Source of the DNA: Spirochaetia bacterium
GTDB lineage: Bacteria > Spirochaetota > Spirochaetia > UBA9216
Length of the DNA stretch: 64,000 bases
Direction of reading: 5' to 3'
Assembly (NCBI GenBank): GCA_963675665.1
Contig: OY776510.1
Span: forward strand, 544,001 to 608,000
The notes below the pieces were generated by a model, which was not told the DNA's origin, searched no databases, and saw only the letters and a list, made by a program, of their open reading frames with translations. The position numbers and the translations under genes were made by a program. This document shows positions 36,725 to 47,041 of this stretch, piece by piece (position 1 is the first letter of the stretch; every line of letters begins with the position of its first letter).

Positions 36725-39394
36725 CTAATCATCTGTATCTCCGAACAGCATTCCAAAACCTGCCGGAACCATCCATTTGCCCCTATGCTCAGGGACAGTT
36801 GCAACTTCTTCCCCGGGTTCTTCGATTTCCGCAAGTTCTTCAGTTTTATCGGATTTTTTTCCGGGCATAAATGTATATCCGCCGGTGAGGCCGATACCAT
36901 ATCCCATAATTTCTTCATCTGTTTGATGTGCCATGACCCCGTAAAGACCTATATAAAAATTTTTATAGATAAAATTATATTTAACTGCGGCCATGCCCAA
37001 ATCAACCGGTAGATATATACCGGCTATCAAATGCGAAACAGATCTGTTCTCATTGGAAAAAACGACAGCCGGTAACGGCACCAGAAATCTACTGTTACCC
37101 GAGAAAATCAGATCCAGGACTGCACCCAGATAAATATCTCCAAAAAAATTATAGAGCACTCCGGATCCTGCCACCAAACCTGATCCAAGATAATATAAAC
37201 CGTATATTCCGCCCGCTCCTACAGGAACCATCCATTTCCCGCCGGTTTCAGAGGGATATACTGTCTCTTCCTCAGGCTCTTCGGTTTTCGCAATTTCTAC
37301 AGTTTTACCGGATTTTTTCCCGGGCATGAATGTATATCCGCCGGATATTCCAAGGTCAAAGGTTTCATCACCGATATGCCAGCAGCCCAGAACTCCGAGA
37401 TCAAAATTGTGGAAACCGAAATCATAAGCAAAAGCCGCGATTCCGGACCATGCCGGCAAATAAATGCCGCTGATTCTATGGGACATTGTCTGCTCATCAT
37501 TGATAAATGCCATGGACAACAACGGGAGGGGATAGAGTGAATTTATAATAGCTAATCCAATATCTCCTCCTGCATAAACATTACCAAAAAAATTGTACAG
37601 AACACCTGTCTTGATTAATATTCCGTGGTAATCATCATTAATCAGTCCGAATATTGTTCCGGCACTTACCGGAATCATCCACCGACTCTTTTCTGCTTCA
37701 ACCTCGACAGGTTCGTGAAAATTCATTTCCGGATGCTCACGAACGGCCGTATATTCGATCTCCAACGCTGCCTTATAGGCTTCCAGCCGCCCCTCTATAA
37801 ATTCAATTTTGTCGGCCGGAGTGTTTAATTCCGACAAGGCTTCCTTAAGCGGGATATATCCTGATTTAATCAAGTCAATATTCTCATAAAATTCGGATAT
37901 TCCCGTATTCGCATTGCATATCATTCCGGTTATTCCTAAACCGATTAATAAAGGCCCGCCGACTGCGCCTCCCCATTTTGTCCATTCAAGAATATTGGCC
38001 GTCAGGTAATTTTTTTCAATCAGTCTGTGCAGTTCTTCCAGTTCTACCGAGTCGACTGATGTCTGATAAACTTCATATGCCGCATCAGCCTCAGAAATCA
38101 GGTCTGCTGCCGGATTATCAATAAACATCCAGCTGCTTAAACCGGAAAGAGCAACTCCGGACAGAACCGATGACCAGGGCAGAAGATTGCCCGGTTTATC
38201 AGCCCGCTTCTTTCCGTATTCAAAAACGGCATCATTGAAGAAATAATATTCATCGATAAACTTTCTCCTGAATGCATTGCTGCAGCCTGGCAGATAATTT
38301 TCAGAAATCAGGTATGTTCCAACGCCCGATTCAAGCTCTTTTTCTGAAAATAAATCAAAAGCGGAAGCCCGCTGCAGATAAACGGCCAAATCAAAAGCCG
38401 AACTCTGATCTGCCTGCGACATGCTGTTGTCTTTTTCAAGCACAGGTAACATCCCGGCTTCGTATCCTTCAATCAACGAAAGTTTTGATTCAAAAAGCCT
38501 CCAGCTGTCGATCTTTTTCATTTTTTCTTTACCGTACCCGTTAAGACCGGTACAGAAATCTGTTTTGCTGAACAGTTTCTTTAATTCTGCCGCAGATGTT
38601 TCAGCTTCAGGATAATCTGCAATCCCTGTCATTCTTGCGTCCAAAACAGATTCAAGATTTTTGATCCGCGCCTCTTCTTCCGGCAATAAAAAAGGTATTT
38701 TAAACTCACCCTGGGCGGTCTGGTTTTCCAGTACTATAACCGGTTCTTCATGAATGATTACCTCATTGCCGAACCGGTGCTGCTTTACCTGCAATAAGTA
38801 CTCGCCGTTAAGAATGTTCTCAAAATAAAACTTGCCGCTGCCGAGGGTCAGATCATCAAGGAAGACAGTAAAAGACCCCTTTTCACCGGTATTCTCAAGC
38901 AGAAGATTTCCGTAGCCTATGTGTATCCCCGTGAGGGATTCAAGCATGGCCGTTACCGAATCATCCATCACGTCAAAAATGTCGAAAACGCTGACAATCG
39001 TTTCGGTGCGGCTTATTTCCACTTCTCCGCCTGAGAAATTATATACGTTTATATTGAATAATGTATTCCTGCCGACAGACTTGAGGTTTCCGTATATCAT
39101 TTTGTCTATCGAGTTTTCCCCGGCAAACTTTTCGATATCCGCTGATGTAATTCTCCGATCCGATTCAGGCATCTGATACATATCATAATCGCCTATAATT
39201 CTAAGCGTCATGTCTATCTGGCTGTCTATGAAACTGCATAATGAATCATATTCATACCGGCCGGTATCATTTGAAATTGGAACAGTGAGGATACGAAGAT
39301 TGAGGTCGGAAGGTTCGGAGTATATCGATAAACCGGTAAAAAACAGGTTTATTAAACTTAAAAAAAGAACCATGGAATATTTATTATGCTTCAT
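36725..39394 (-). CDS. Large secreted/membrane protein: TolB-N/CsgG-like and PEGA-like N-terminus, helical hairpins, tandem beta-rich C-terminal repeats
   Basis: Signal peptide; repeats of ~130 aa running WM(I/V)P...GVLYNFFG..Y.G...SH...G.YLP...NF..G..G...GGYTFMPGKKS. Confidence 0.75.
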   Translation of the reverse strand: MKHNKYSMVLFLSLINLFFTGLSIYSEPSDLNLRILTVPISNDTGRYEYDSLCSFIDSQIDMTLRIIGDYDMYQMPESDRRITSADIEKFAGENSIDKMIYGNLKSVGRNTLFNINVYNFSGGEVEISRTETIVSVFDIFDVMDDSVTAMLESLTGIHIGYGNLLLENTGEKGSFTVFLDDLTLGSGKFYFENILNGEYLLQVKQHRFGNEVIIHEEPVIVLENQTAQGEFKIPFLLPEEEARIKNLESVLDARMTGIADYPEAETSAAELKKLFSKTDFCTGLNGYGKEKMKKIDSWRLFESKLSLIEGYEAGMLPVLEKDNSMSQADQSSAFDLAVYLQRASAFDLFSEKELESGVGTYLISENYLPGCSNAFRRKFIDEYYFFNDAVFEYGKKRADKPGNLLPWSSVLSGVALSGLSSWMFIDNPAADLISEADAAYEVYQTSVDSVELEELHRLIEKNYLTANILEWTKWGGAVGGPLLIGLGITGMICNANTGISEFYENIDLIKSGYIPLKEALSELNTPADKIEFIEGRLEAYKAALEIEYTAVREHPEMNFHEPVEVEAEKSRWMIPVSAGTIFGLINDDYHGILIKTGVLYNFFGNVYAGGDIGLAIINSLYPLPLLSMAFINDEQTMSHRISGIYLPAWSGIAAFAYDFGFHNFDLGVLGCWHIGDETFDLGISGGYTFMPGKKSGKTVEIAKTEEPEEETVYPSETGGKWMVPVGAGGIYGLYYLGSGLVAGSGVLYNFFGDIYLGAVLDLIFSGNSRFLVPLPAVVFSNENRSVSHLIAGIYLPVDLGMAAVKYNFIYKNFYIGLYGVMAHQTDEEIMGYGIGLTGGYTFMPGKKSDKTEELAEIEEPGEEVATVPEHRGKWMVPAGFGMLFGDTDD
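36849..37344. repeat. ~37-bp near-identical direct repeat marking repeat-unit ends (36849-36885 and 37308-37344)
   Basis: CGGATTTTTT(T/C)CCGGGCAT(A/G)AATGTATATCCGCCGG, encoding GGYTFMPGKKS. Confidence 0.8.
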
Positions 39395-39442
39395 CGATGC
39401 CTCTTAACTTCACAGTTGTTATTCTTGCAATACAAATTCAAT

Positions 39443-40204
39443 TTAAAAAACAGCCCAATCCATTTCCCAGACGGAATCGGAAACCATAAAATTTCCGGAG
39501 CCGCCGCCCCCGCTTTGCTGATAAGCCAATGTTGTAAAACCTGCGTCATGATAGTAGACAAGATAAAGCAGGCCGCTCGGGTATCCGTCATGAAAAACCA
39601 TAAACCCTGAGCCGCCCAGGAATTCATTGCTGCTGGTAACAGTAAAGTCTACTTTGGCTATTGTTCCCGGCTCGATATCCAGATAATCAGCATTAAGTAC
39701 TGATGTAGAAGGATGATGAATGCCCCCCTGGGCTTCAAAAGGAAGCACTATATCCGACGGATGTGTAGTAGACCATGAAACAGAGTACGAACCTTCAAAT
39801 TCAGCACTGAATGACCCTGAAGCCCCATCGCTTAAAGAGATTGGCTCCGCCGCAAGAAGGCCCAGATAAAAACCAAGCATATAAAACGGCATTGCAGAAG
39901 TTTGTACAGCCGTTCCAAAACCTGGCAACACTCCGCCTGTACTGTTTTCGGTTATCTGAAGTTCTTCGGCGGAATAAACGTAGTTAAAAGAGCCTGAAGC
40001 ATTTTCATGTTCTTCCTGAAGTTCAGTATCAGTAACATTAATTGTTGTTTTTATAATTACAGCGCTATCCAGTCTTTCAGAGATAAAAAGAGGATCTTTG
40101 GGATTATTCAGCAGCGGCATTTGATAAAAACAGCTTATCATCAGAAATCCAGATATTATGGTTAGTCCAAGAAGTATATACAAATGTTGTCTTTTAAATG
40201 CCAT
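39443..40204 (-). CDS. Hypothetical lipoprotein
   Basis: LMISC lipobox followed by NNPKDP; beta-rich body. Confidence 0.7.
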   Translation of the reverse strand: MAFKRQHLYILLGLTIISGFLMISCFYQMPLLNNPKDPLFISERLDSAVIIKTTINVTDTELQEEHENASGSFNYVYSAEELQITENSTGGVLPGFGTAVQTSAMPFYMLGFYLGLLAAEPISLSDGASGSFSAEFEGSYSVSWSTTHPSDIVLPFEAQGGIHHPSTSVLNADYLDIEPGTIAKVDFTVTSSNEFLGGSGFMVFHDGYPSGLLYLVYYHDAGFTTLAYQQSGGGGSGNFMVSDSVWEMDWAVF

Positions 40205-40359
40205 TCATTATCCTGAAGCCGTTAATATTATCCATGAACATTATGAATTACTGAAGAGTCATGGTCAAGCAAAAAAGTTTATTAGTAATTGTTCTATTCA
40301 GAAACATGCGTTATAATTCCGTTTATAAAAAACAATCTGTTTATTAACAAGGATATAAG

Positions 40360-42687
40360 ATGTTATTTCTCAAAAAAATCCCATTATTTTTAATACTGAT
40401 ATTCTTATTATTTTCATGCGGTAATGAGAACAAGATTATAACAGAGCAAAATAACATTCAGGAACCAGTATTTTCATCGGAAGAACCAAAACAACCCGAC
40501 AATCCTCCTGTTGAGGTAACAACCGAAAAGCAACAGGCAATTATTACCTTTCTGACCGGCGACGTGACAAGACTGTCCGACAGCGAACAGGTTTTCGCAG
40601 AGATAGGGGACCAATTGTCGTTAAATGATACAATCCGGGTTAACGCTGATTCATACTGTGAAATTCAATTCGGGAACCGCGCCGTAATCAGGGTTGAAGA
40701 AAACACGGACCTTGCTTTAAGCTCGCTTCACCTTGAACAGGGGTATTCAAAAATCGGCATTGAACTTACAGCAGGCTCCATTCTCTGCAAGGTTGAAAAA
40801 CTGGCCAAAGACGAACGCTTCAGGGTTTCTACCGAAACAGCGGTATGCGGGGTCCGCGGGACTGAATTCAGAGTAAGCAGCAGCCCGGTAAAAACCGGGA
40901 GCTCCGTAAAGAAAACCGTTCTTTCCGTACAGGAAGGGGCTGTAGCCGTCACACCTCCCGCACTTGACGTTGAAAAGCTTGTCGCTTCCGTGAACGAAAA
41001 AACCGAAGCGGTTACAGAAATGCTTGAAAAAATCGAATCGTCAGCTGTTGTTGTTCAGGCAGATGAAGAAATTGATCTCACTGAAGACGTATTTGAACAG
41101 GTCGCGGAAACAGTTGAAAAAATAACCGAAGTTATCAGTATTATAGCAGCTTCCGAAGAAGAAACCGTAGTTTCAGAAAAACTGCTTGAACTTCAAAATC
41201 ACACGGAAGAGGCTTCAGCAGCTGTAAAAGCCCCGCCGGCTGAAATCAGGAAAATATCGGTAGAGAATTCCGAAAAGCTGAAAGCTCTCAAGGATGTAAG
41301 GATAATTAATCTTCCTGTAAAGACGATTTCGGAAAATGAAAAAACAGAAATCCCCGTCGTAAAGACGACTTCCGTATATACGCTGAACGTGACGGTGGAA
41401 CCCGCCGATTCCAATATAATATTTAATTCAAAACCGATTGGAACAGGCAGTTTTTCCGGTATTTTTGAGGAAGGGGAAACCCTTGTTATTGATTTTACCC
41501 ATGAAGGATATGAAAACCGGCATTATGAGATAACGGTATCCGCCGCAACCGAAGGACACCACAGAATCATTCTCGACCGGCTTCCTGAGGTTGAAAAGAC
41601 ACAGACGAAGCCCGGGCCCGTTGAAATTAAACCTGAAACTTCCCAAATTAAACCTTCGCCTGTCGCTGTCGAATCGGTTGAACCGGAACCTGAGCCCGAG
41701 CCGGAACCAATCGAAGCATTCATCACTGTTTCATCAGGCACCCTTACAGGTTCAGTCTCAGCAGATTCTGATTTGTTTTATGTTGCCGATTACAACGGAA
41801 CAGTCACAGCAATAACGCCTGAAGGCAATATTGCCTGGAAAATAAAAACGGAAAACAACTCTGTGGAAAATTCCTTCCCGTCTGCCGGCGAAGGATTGCT
41901 GTGCTTTTCAGGCGCTGCCGAATATATAATCCTGAACGGATCCTCAGGCCGGGTAATAAGCAAAAAACCCCTTGATGCGGAATCAGCTCATATTTTCGGA
42001 AGGCGCCTGGTGCCTACAAAAATCGGGCTGCTTCTTCCGACGAACAACAGCATCAGGATCCTTAACCCTTCAGACGGCAGTGAGACAAAAACAATCACGC
42101 TGCCTTCCGCCTCCGGAATGACTCCCGCTTTTTATAACGGGAAACTTCTTTCCGTTGATGTACATGGAACCTTTATTGTAATAAATCCTGCCGACGGAAG
42201 TATCTTAAGCAGCATTCCCACCGGGGCCGACCAGCCGATTGCACTGAGCATAACAATAAACAACGGTTCAGCTTTTTTTGCGGGAAGAAAGGGGACTGTT
42301 GTCTGTATAGATTTAAACAGCAACCGAGTCTTATGGGAAAAACAATTGCCGGGAGACAACCAGGTTTTCACAGATATTATCTGCAGCAGAACGGCAGCTC
42401 ATGTCTTCTCAAAAGGAAAGATATTCAGTCTTGATCTTAAAACCGGAAAAGAAATATTCAATGCCGCTGAAGACGCTTCCGCACCTGCGACCGTTTATAA
42501 AAACAACCTGGTTTACGGAAGCAATAAGGGAAAAATTATCCTGGCCGATGCATCCAACGGTGTCATCGTAAAAGAGCTGGATATAGATGGAATAATATCA
42601 ACACGGCCGGCAGTACTTGACGACAGAATTGCAGCGGGAACAGAAAGCGGAAAGTTTTTGATAATCAACCCTGAGGCTGTTCACTGA
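40360..42687 (+). CDS. Lipoprotein with FecR domain, PEGA-like domain, EP linker and PQQ-like (BamB-type) beta-propeller
   Basis: LLFSC lipobox; TETAVCGVRGTEFRV (FecR); LNVTVEPADS...GYEN; EPEPEPEPEP; repeated G...W propeller blades. Confidence 0.8.
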   Translation: MLFLKKIPLFLILIFLLFSCGNENKIITEQNNIQEPVFSSEEPKQPDNPPVEVTTEKQQAIITFLTGDVTRLSDSEQVFAEIGDQLSLNDTIRVNADSYCEIQFGNRAVIRVEENTDLALSSLHLEQGYSKIGIELTAGSILCKVEKLAKDERFRVSTETAVCGVRGTEFRVSSSPVKTGSSVKKTVLSVQEGAVAVTPPALDVEKLVASVNEKTEAVTEMLEKIESSAVVVQADEEIDLTEDVFEQVAETVEKITEVISIIAASEEETVVSEKLLELQNHTEEASAAVKAPPAEIRKISVENSEKLKALKDVRIINLPVKTISENEKTEIPVVKTTSVYTLNVTVEPADSNIIFNSKPIGTGSFSGIFEEGETLVIDFTHEGYENRHYEITVSAATEGHHRIILDRLPEVEKTQTKPGPVEIKPETSQIKPSPVAVESVEPEPEPEPEPIEAFITVSSGTLTGSVSADSDLFYVADYNGTVTAITPEGNIAWKIKTENNSVENSFPSAGEGLLCFSGAAEYIILNGSSGRVISKKPLDAESAHIFGRRLVPTKIGLLLPTNNSIRILNPSDGSETKTITLPSASGMTPAFYNGKLLSVDVHGTFIVINPADGSILSSIPTGADQPIALSITINNGSAFFAGRKGTVVCIDLNSNRVLWEKQLPGDNQVFTDIICSRTAAHVFSKGKIFSLDLKTGKEIFNAAEDASAPATVYKNNLVYGSNKGKIILADASNGVIVKELDIDGIISTRPAVLDDRIAAGTESGKFLIINPEAVH

Positions 42688-42703
42688 TCAGCCGGTTCCG
42701 GCA

Positions 42704-44326
42704 TTAATTCCCGTTTATCCTGTTCAGCTCTTCGTTGAGGATTTCTATCTGGGCTTTATTCTCTGCTCCTATGGCTTCAAGTCCGGATGATTCCTCTACA
42801 ATTATTTCACCGAGTCTTTTTAACGATTCTATATTCTCTTTTGTCTGATCAACAGCTTTTTTAATATCATCAATACTCTGGTTGCCGTTGTCTATTTCAT
42901 CTTTCATCGATGAAAGCGATTGTTGAACGATATCATTCGAATTACGCAGGTTCGTTACTGAATCGGATATCGAATCGGTACCGGCTGACAGTTCAACCAT
43001 GCTTCGGACAATATCCGACAGAGATTGTCCCATATTGGTAATCTCATTTATCAGGCCGGAAAAAACCTTCTGCATTTCATGAGCGGCCTGATTTGAATCT
43101 TCGAAATGTTCATTATTGCTGGTAATACTTTTTCTTATTGCTTCCGAGTTATGCGCTGTCTCCTCGGACAGTTTTCGGATCTCCTCGGCTACAACAGCAA
43201 ACCCCTTGCCCGCCTCACCGGCGTGGGCGGCTTCAATAGCGGCGTTCATTGCAAGCATATTCGTCCTGCTTGAAATTACTTCGATTACTTCTATAATTTC
43301 AAGAATGTCGTCCGTCGATTCCGACAGTCTGTTCAGGGAATTCAGCGAATCTTCAAGCTTGCCTTCACCTTTCCGTGCAGCTTCATTCAGACGGTCCACC
43401 TGCCCCAGTTTCTGTTCTGCAAGCCGGCTTACAAAGGAGATCTGGGCCAGAATCTGTTCTACCGCTGCCGACGACTGGTTTATTGCCTCGGTCTGAAGCT
43501 GACTTTTTTCGCTTACCTTTTTCCCGGATTCCATTATCTGCATATTGGAACTGCCGCCCCGGTCGGTTGAGTTTTTAAGATCTTCTACAATTTTTCCAAT
43601 ATTGCCCAATTTGGCAGAAATATCTCCGGCGCTTCTGCTTGTTGACTCTGCTGCAGACATCAGTTTTTCACCGACATCAAATGAGGCTCTCATTTCATCA
43701 ATAACACCGTTTATCCGTTTAAAACTTTCTTCGGCCTTAACTTTTTCAGTCTGAGCCGCAGATATTGATCTGAGCTGCATTCTGAATACAAGAATCGCAA
43801 ACAGCGCCGCCATGAAAAGAAAAGTGATCGAAATAATAAACTGCCCGGTTATGTCCGTTTCACCATGTTCTTCGGCAAAAGGCATAAGCAGAATAAAAAA
43901 GAACAGGGCCTGCCCGGCAAGGCCCGCGCCTGCAACTATTATCATCTGCCAGATATTATAAGCCAGCAACGGAGCGACGCAAATGACGGATATTATATAG
44001 GTCGAAAACTTGTAAAGATCATCAAGTTCATTATGTTCCTGAATCATGAACATAATGAAAGCGGCTGCCGTGAAAAGTACTATGCTTACTATACTGCTGA
44101 TTTTATATTTTCCACGATACAGAATAATAATATTGACCGCAAGGATGGCAGATACTACAGCCTCTCCTGCCGCCACAGTATAGCTTGATTCAAGCAGGCG
44201 GATTGTTGCAAACATTATAAAGAATATCCCAAGAATAAAGTTTATCACCAACAGGGTGACTGCCTTTTCCTGAAAATTGCTGTTCTCAATTCTGTAAACG
44301 TCTTTAAGTCTGTTAATCGGGTTCAT
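42704..44326 (-). CDS. Methyl-accepting chemotaxis protein with multi-TM sensor
   Basis: [34 protein letters not shown]; about 6 N-terminal TMs; ATG 44326 lies 6 nt after TTGAAA-17-CATAAT. Confidence 0.93.
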   Translation of the reverse strand: MNPINRLKDVYRIENSNFQEKAVTLLVINFILGIFFIMFATIRLLESSYTVAAGEAVVSAILAVNIIILYRGKYKISSIVSIVLFTAAAFIMFMIQEHNELDDLYKFSTYIISVICVAPLLAYNIWQMIIVAGAGLAGQALFFFILLMPFAEEHGETDITGQFIISITFLFMAALFAILVFRMQLRSISAAQTEKVKAEESFKRINGVIDEMRASFDVGEKLMSAAESTSRSAGDISAKLGNIGKIVEDLKNSTDRGGSSNMQIMESGKKVSEKSQLQTEAINQSSAAVEQILAQISFVSRLAEQKLGQVDRLNEAARKGEGKLEDSLNSLNRLSESTDDILEIIEVIEVISSRTNMLAMNAAIEAAHAGEAGKGFAVVAEEIRKLSEETAHNSEAIRKSITSNNEHFEDSNQAAHEMQKVFSGLINEITNMGQSLSDIVRSMVELSAGTDSISDSVTNLRNSNDIVQQSLSSMKDEIDNGNQSIDDIKKAVDQTKENIESLKRLGEIIVEESSGLEAIGAENKAQIEILNEELNRINGN

Positions 44327-44450
44327 ATATGAATTATGATTCATTGTCAAATTAATTTCAAATCAGATTGATAAAAAACCGGCTGTTTTTATCATGTCCC
44401 AAAAATAAAGACCTACTTTCAAACAGGCCTTTATTTTGTTTTTATGCTGC

Positions 44451-45443
44451 TCAGGCAGCCTGACTCTTCATATGCTGAATGTGGTCTATTGAAACAGCAA
44501 AAAGAAGGATCAAACCTTTGATAAGGTCCTGCCAGTAAACCGAAACATCAAGCAAAATAAGAGAACTGGTTATAATTGACAGAAGTGCTATCCCGAGAAT
44601 TGAACCGAAAACGGTGCCTTCTCCGCCGGTAAGACTCGCTCCGCCGATAACAGCGGCAGATATGGCAGTCATCTCGAGCCCTACGCCGAAACCGGGCGTT
44701 GATGCGCCGAAGCGGGACATATAGATAATGCCGGCAAGCCCGGACAGGGTACAACACAGAACGCTTACGCCTATCTTGACCTTTTTAACCCTGATGCCGG
44801 AGAAGATAGCTGCTTTTTCATTGCTTCCGGTATAAAAAACTTTTCTCAGAACCGTGGAATTCCGCAGCATATAATCGCTGACTACCACAATCACAAGAAA
44901 TATTATTATTACAAACGGAAAAGGTCCGATAGAACCCTGCCCTATAAACTTGAAACTCTGCGGCAGGGTAAAAAGGGACAATGGAGTTCCCTGGGTTATA
45001 ACAAAACATGCCCCGCGGGCTATCCCCATAAATGCCAGTGTCGTGATAAAATGCACCAGCCCTATTTTTGTAACAAGCAGCCCCTGGATTGCGCCTATAC
45101 CCGCACAAACAACCAGGGCAATGACACTTGCAACCCACGGATTAACCCCCACCAAAAAGAGTTTTCCCGCAATACACATAGCCAGACACATTACCGCGCC
45201 GACGGACAAGTCGATTCCGCCCAGAACCAGGATTACAGTCATTCCTACAACGACGATTCCTTCGGTTGCGAATGAAAGGAAAATAGCCTTCCAGTTGCTC
45301 CAGGTCATAAAATAAGGGGAAAGGAAGCTCATAAGAATACAGACAGCAGCGATGATCAGAATCAGCGTGCCTTCCCTGAAATTCTTAAATCTGTTGAACA
45401 GACTGATAATTCCGCCTGTTTTCATCTTAATATTTTCAACCAT
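44451..45443 (-). CDS. Sugar ABC permease (RbsC family)
   Basis: GGIDLSVGA, FITTL, GSNEKAAIFSGI, AAVIGGASL. Confidence 0.95.
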   Translation of the reverse strand: MVENIKMKTGGIISLFNRFKNFREGTLILIIAAVCILMSFLSPYFMTWSNWKAIFLSFATEGIVVVGMTVILVLGGIDLSVGAVMCLAMCIAGKLFLVGVNPWVASVIALVVCAGIGAIQGLLVTKIGLVHFITTLAFMGIARGACFVITQGTPLSLFTLPQSFKFIGQGSIGPFPFVIIIFLVIVVVSDYMLRNSTVLRKVFYTGSNEKAAIFSGIRVKKVKIGVSVLCCTLSGLAGIIYMSRFGASTPGFGVGLEMTAISAAVIGGASLTGGEGTVFGSILGIALLSIITSSLILLDVSVYWQDLIKGLILLFAVSIDHIQHMKSQAA

Positions 45444-45458
45444 AATTTATATTCTCCC

Positions 45459-46967
45459 TTATGCTCCGATCTTTTCCAGGCCGGAAGCCATGTGGATTAT
45501 TTTCTTTTCGTTTATATCGTTACCGGTAATAATACCGCAGTTGTCGCCTTCATGCATAACAAGCACGCGATCGCTCATCCCGATAAGTTCCGGCAGTTCG
45601 GAGGATATCATTATCACCCCTATTCCCTGACAGGTCAATTCGCGAATCAGCTTATGGATTTCTGCTTTTGCTCCGACATCAATACCCCGTGTAGGTTCAT
45701 CCATGATAACGACCTTCGGGTTTACCGACAACAGCTTTCCGATTAAAACCTTCTGCTGATTTCCACCCGACAGGGACGAAACATCCTGCCCCAGAGAACT
45801 GAATTTTACATTCAGTTTCTTCGTATATTCATCAGCCAGCTTTCTTTCCCTGCCGTTATCCACCATTCCGTTCACAGAGACGGCTTCCAGATTCAGGGCT
45901 GAAACATTCTTCTGAATTGACATCTCAAGAAATACACCCTCTACCTTTCGGTCCTCCGAGAGATATACTATTCCGTTTTCAATTGCATCACGGTAATCTC
46001 CGATACCGATACTATTTCCCTTAAAATAAATTTCTCCGCTTATTCTGGGGAAAAGACCGCATATGGATTTAACAACCTCGCTTCTTCCCGCGCCTATCAG
46101 ACCTGAAAGTCCCAGAATTTCTCCTTCATGAAGAGTAAACGATATATCCCTGAACCGATTTCCATCGGAAAAATTTTCTATTCTTAAAAGTTCTTCCTGC
46201 TCAGTACAATTGCCTTCAAATTTGGGCGGGTAAAGATCACTTATCTCCCGTCCGACCATCCTGCTGACGACCTCTTTTGAATTCGTCTTGTCGATATCCA
46301 GGCTTCCGCAGTATGTTCCGTCGCGCAGTATTGAAACCCTGTCGCATTGAGAAAAAATCTCAGCCATTCTATGGCTGATGTAAATCATGCTGATGCCATT
46401 TTTCTTAAGTTCATGCATGATCTTGAAAAGCGCTGTTGTCTCACTCTCGGTAAGCGCAGCAGTTGGTTCATCCAGAATGAGGATCTTGCAATTCAGCGAA
46501 AGAGCTTTTGCAATTTCAACTATCTGCTGATTCGAAATCGAAAGCTCACTGACCTTTTTCCTCGGATCAATATCGCCGAGCGGGGCAAGCGCCGTTCCGG
46601 CCCTCTTGTAGAGGTCCCTGTAATTTATAAAATTTTTTTCAGTACGGTTTATCTCCGACATGAATACATTTTCGGCCACCGTTACATGCTGACAAAGAGC
46701 AATCTCCTGGTGAACAAAGCCGATTCCGTACTGCTGTGCATCAAGCGGATTCCTGATGTTGACTTCTTCCCCGTTAATAAAGATCTGCCCCTCATCGGGC
46801 AGGTGAACACCGTCTATTATATTCATAAGAGTCGATTTACCTGCACCGTTCTCGCCGACCAGGGCGAGAACTTCTCCCTTCTTCAGAGTCAAATCAACCT
46901 TATCAAGGGCCCTTGTTCCGGGAAAATCCTTTACAATCCCTCTGACCTCTAATACAAATTCACTCAA
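45459..46967 (-). CDS. Sugar ABC ATPase (RbsA/MglA family)
   Basis: GENGAGKST, LILDEPT, SHR, SEDRK, LSGGNQQK; TTG 46967 with GGAGG. Confidence 0.96.
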   Translation of the reverse strand: MSEFVLEVRGIVKDFPGTRALDKVDLTLKKGEVLALVGENGAGKSTLMNIIDGVHLPDEGQIFINGEEVNIRNPLDAQQYGIGFVHQEIALCQHVTVAENVFMSEINRTEKNFINYRDLYKRAGTALAPLGDIDPRKKVSELSISNQQIVEIAKALSLNCKILILDEPTAALTESETTALFKIMHELKKNGISMIYISHRMAEIFSQCDRVSILRDGTYCGSLDIDKTNSKEVVSRMVGREISDLYPPKFEGNCTEQEELLRIENFSDGNRFRDISFTLHEGEILGLSGLIGAGRSEVVKSICGLFPRISGEIYFKGNSIGIGDYRDAIENGIVYLSEDRKVEGVFLEMSIQKNVSALNLEAVSVNGMVDNGRERKLADEYTKKLNVKFSSLGQDVSSLSGGNQQKVLIGKLLSVNPKVVIMDEPTRGIDVGAKAEIHKLIRELTCQGIGVIMISSELPELIGMSDRVLVMHEGDNCGIITGNDINEKKIIHMASGLEKIGA

Positions 46968-46999
46968 TTTGTTCCTCCAGAAACGCTGTAGCAATGCTT

Positions 47000-47028
47000 A
47001 AAAAGGCCGCAGGCTTCTCTGCGGCCTT
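47000..47028 (-). terminator. Hairpin after SBP gene
   Basis: AAGGCCGCAG-gcttct-CTGCGGCCTT plus short U-tract. Confidence 0.65.
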
Positions 47029-47041
47029 AATCAGACAAAAA

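Noticed and set aside
36725-36727. Pyrrolysine or alternative-code reading of the in-frame TAG
   Set aside because: No pyl genes in the window, TAG ends normal genes here (for example 8877 and 24842), and the second interruption is TAA
41680-41709. Short tandem repeat encoding EPEPEPEPEP
   Set aside because: Ordinary low-complexity linker with varied codons; not a contingency locus
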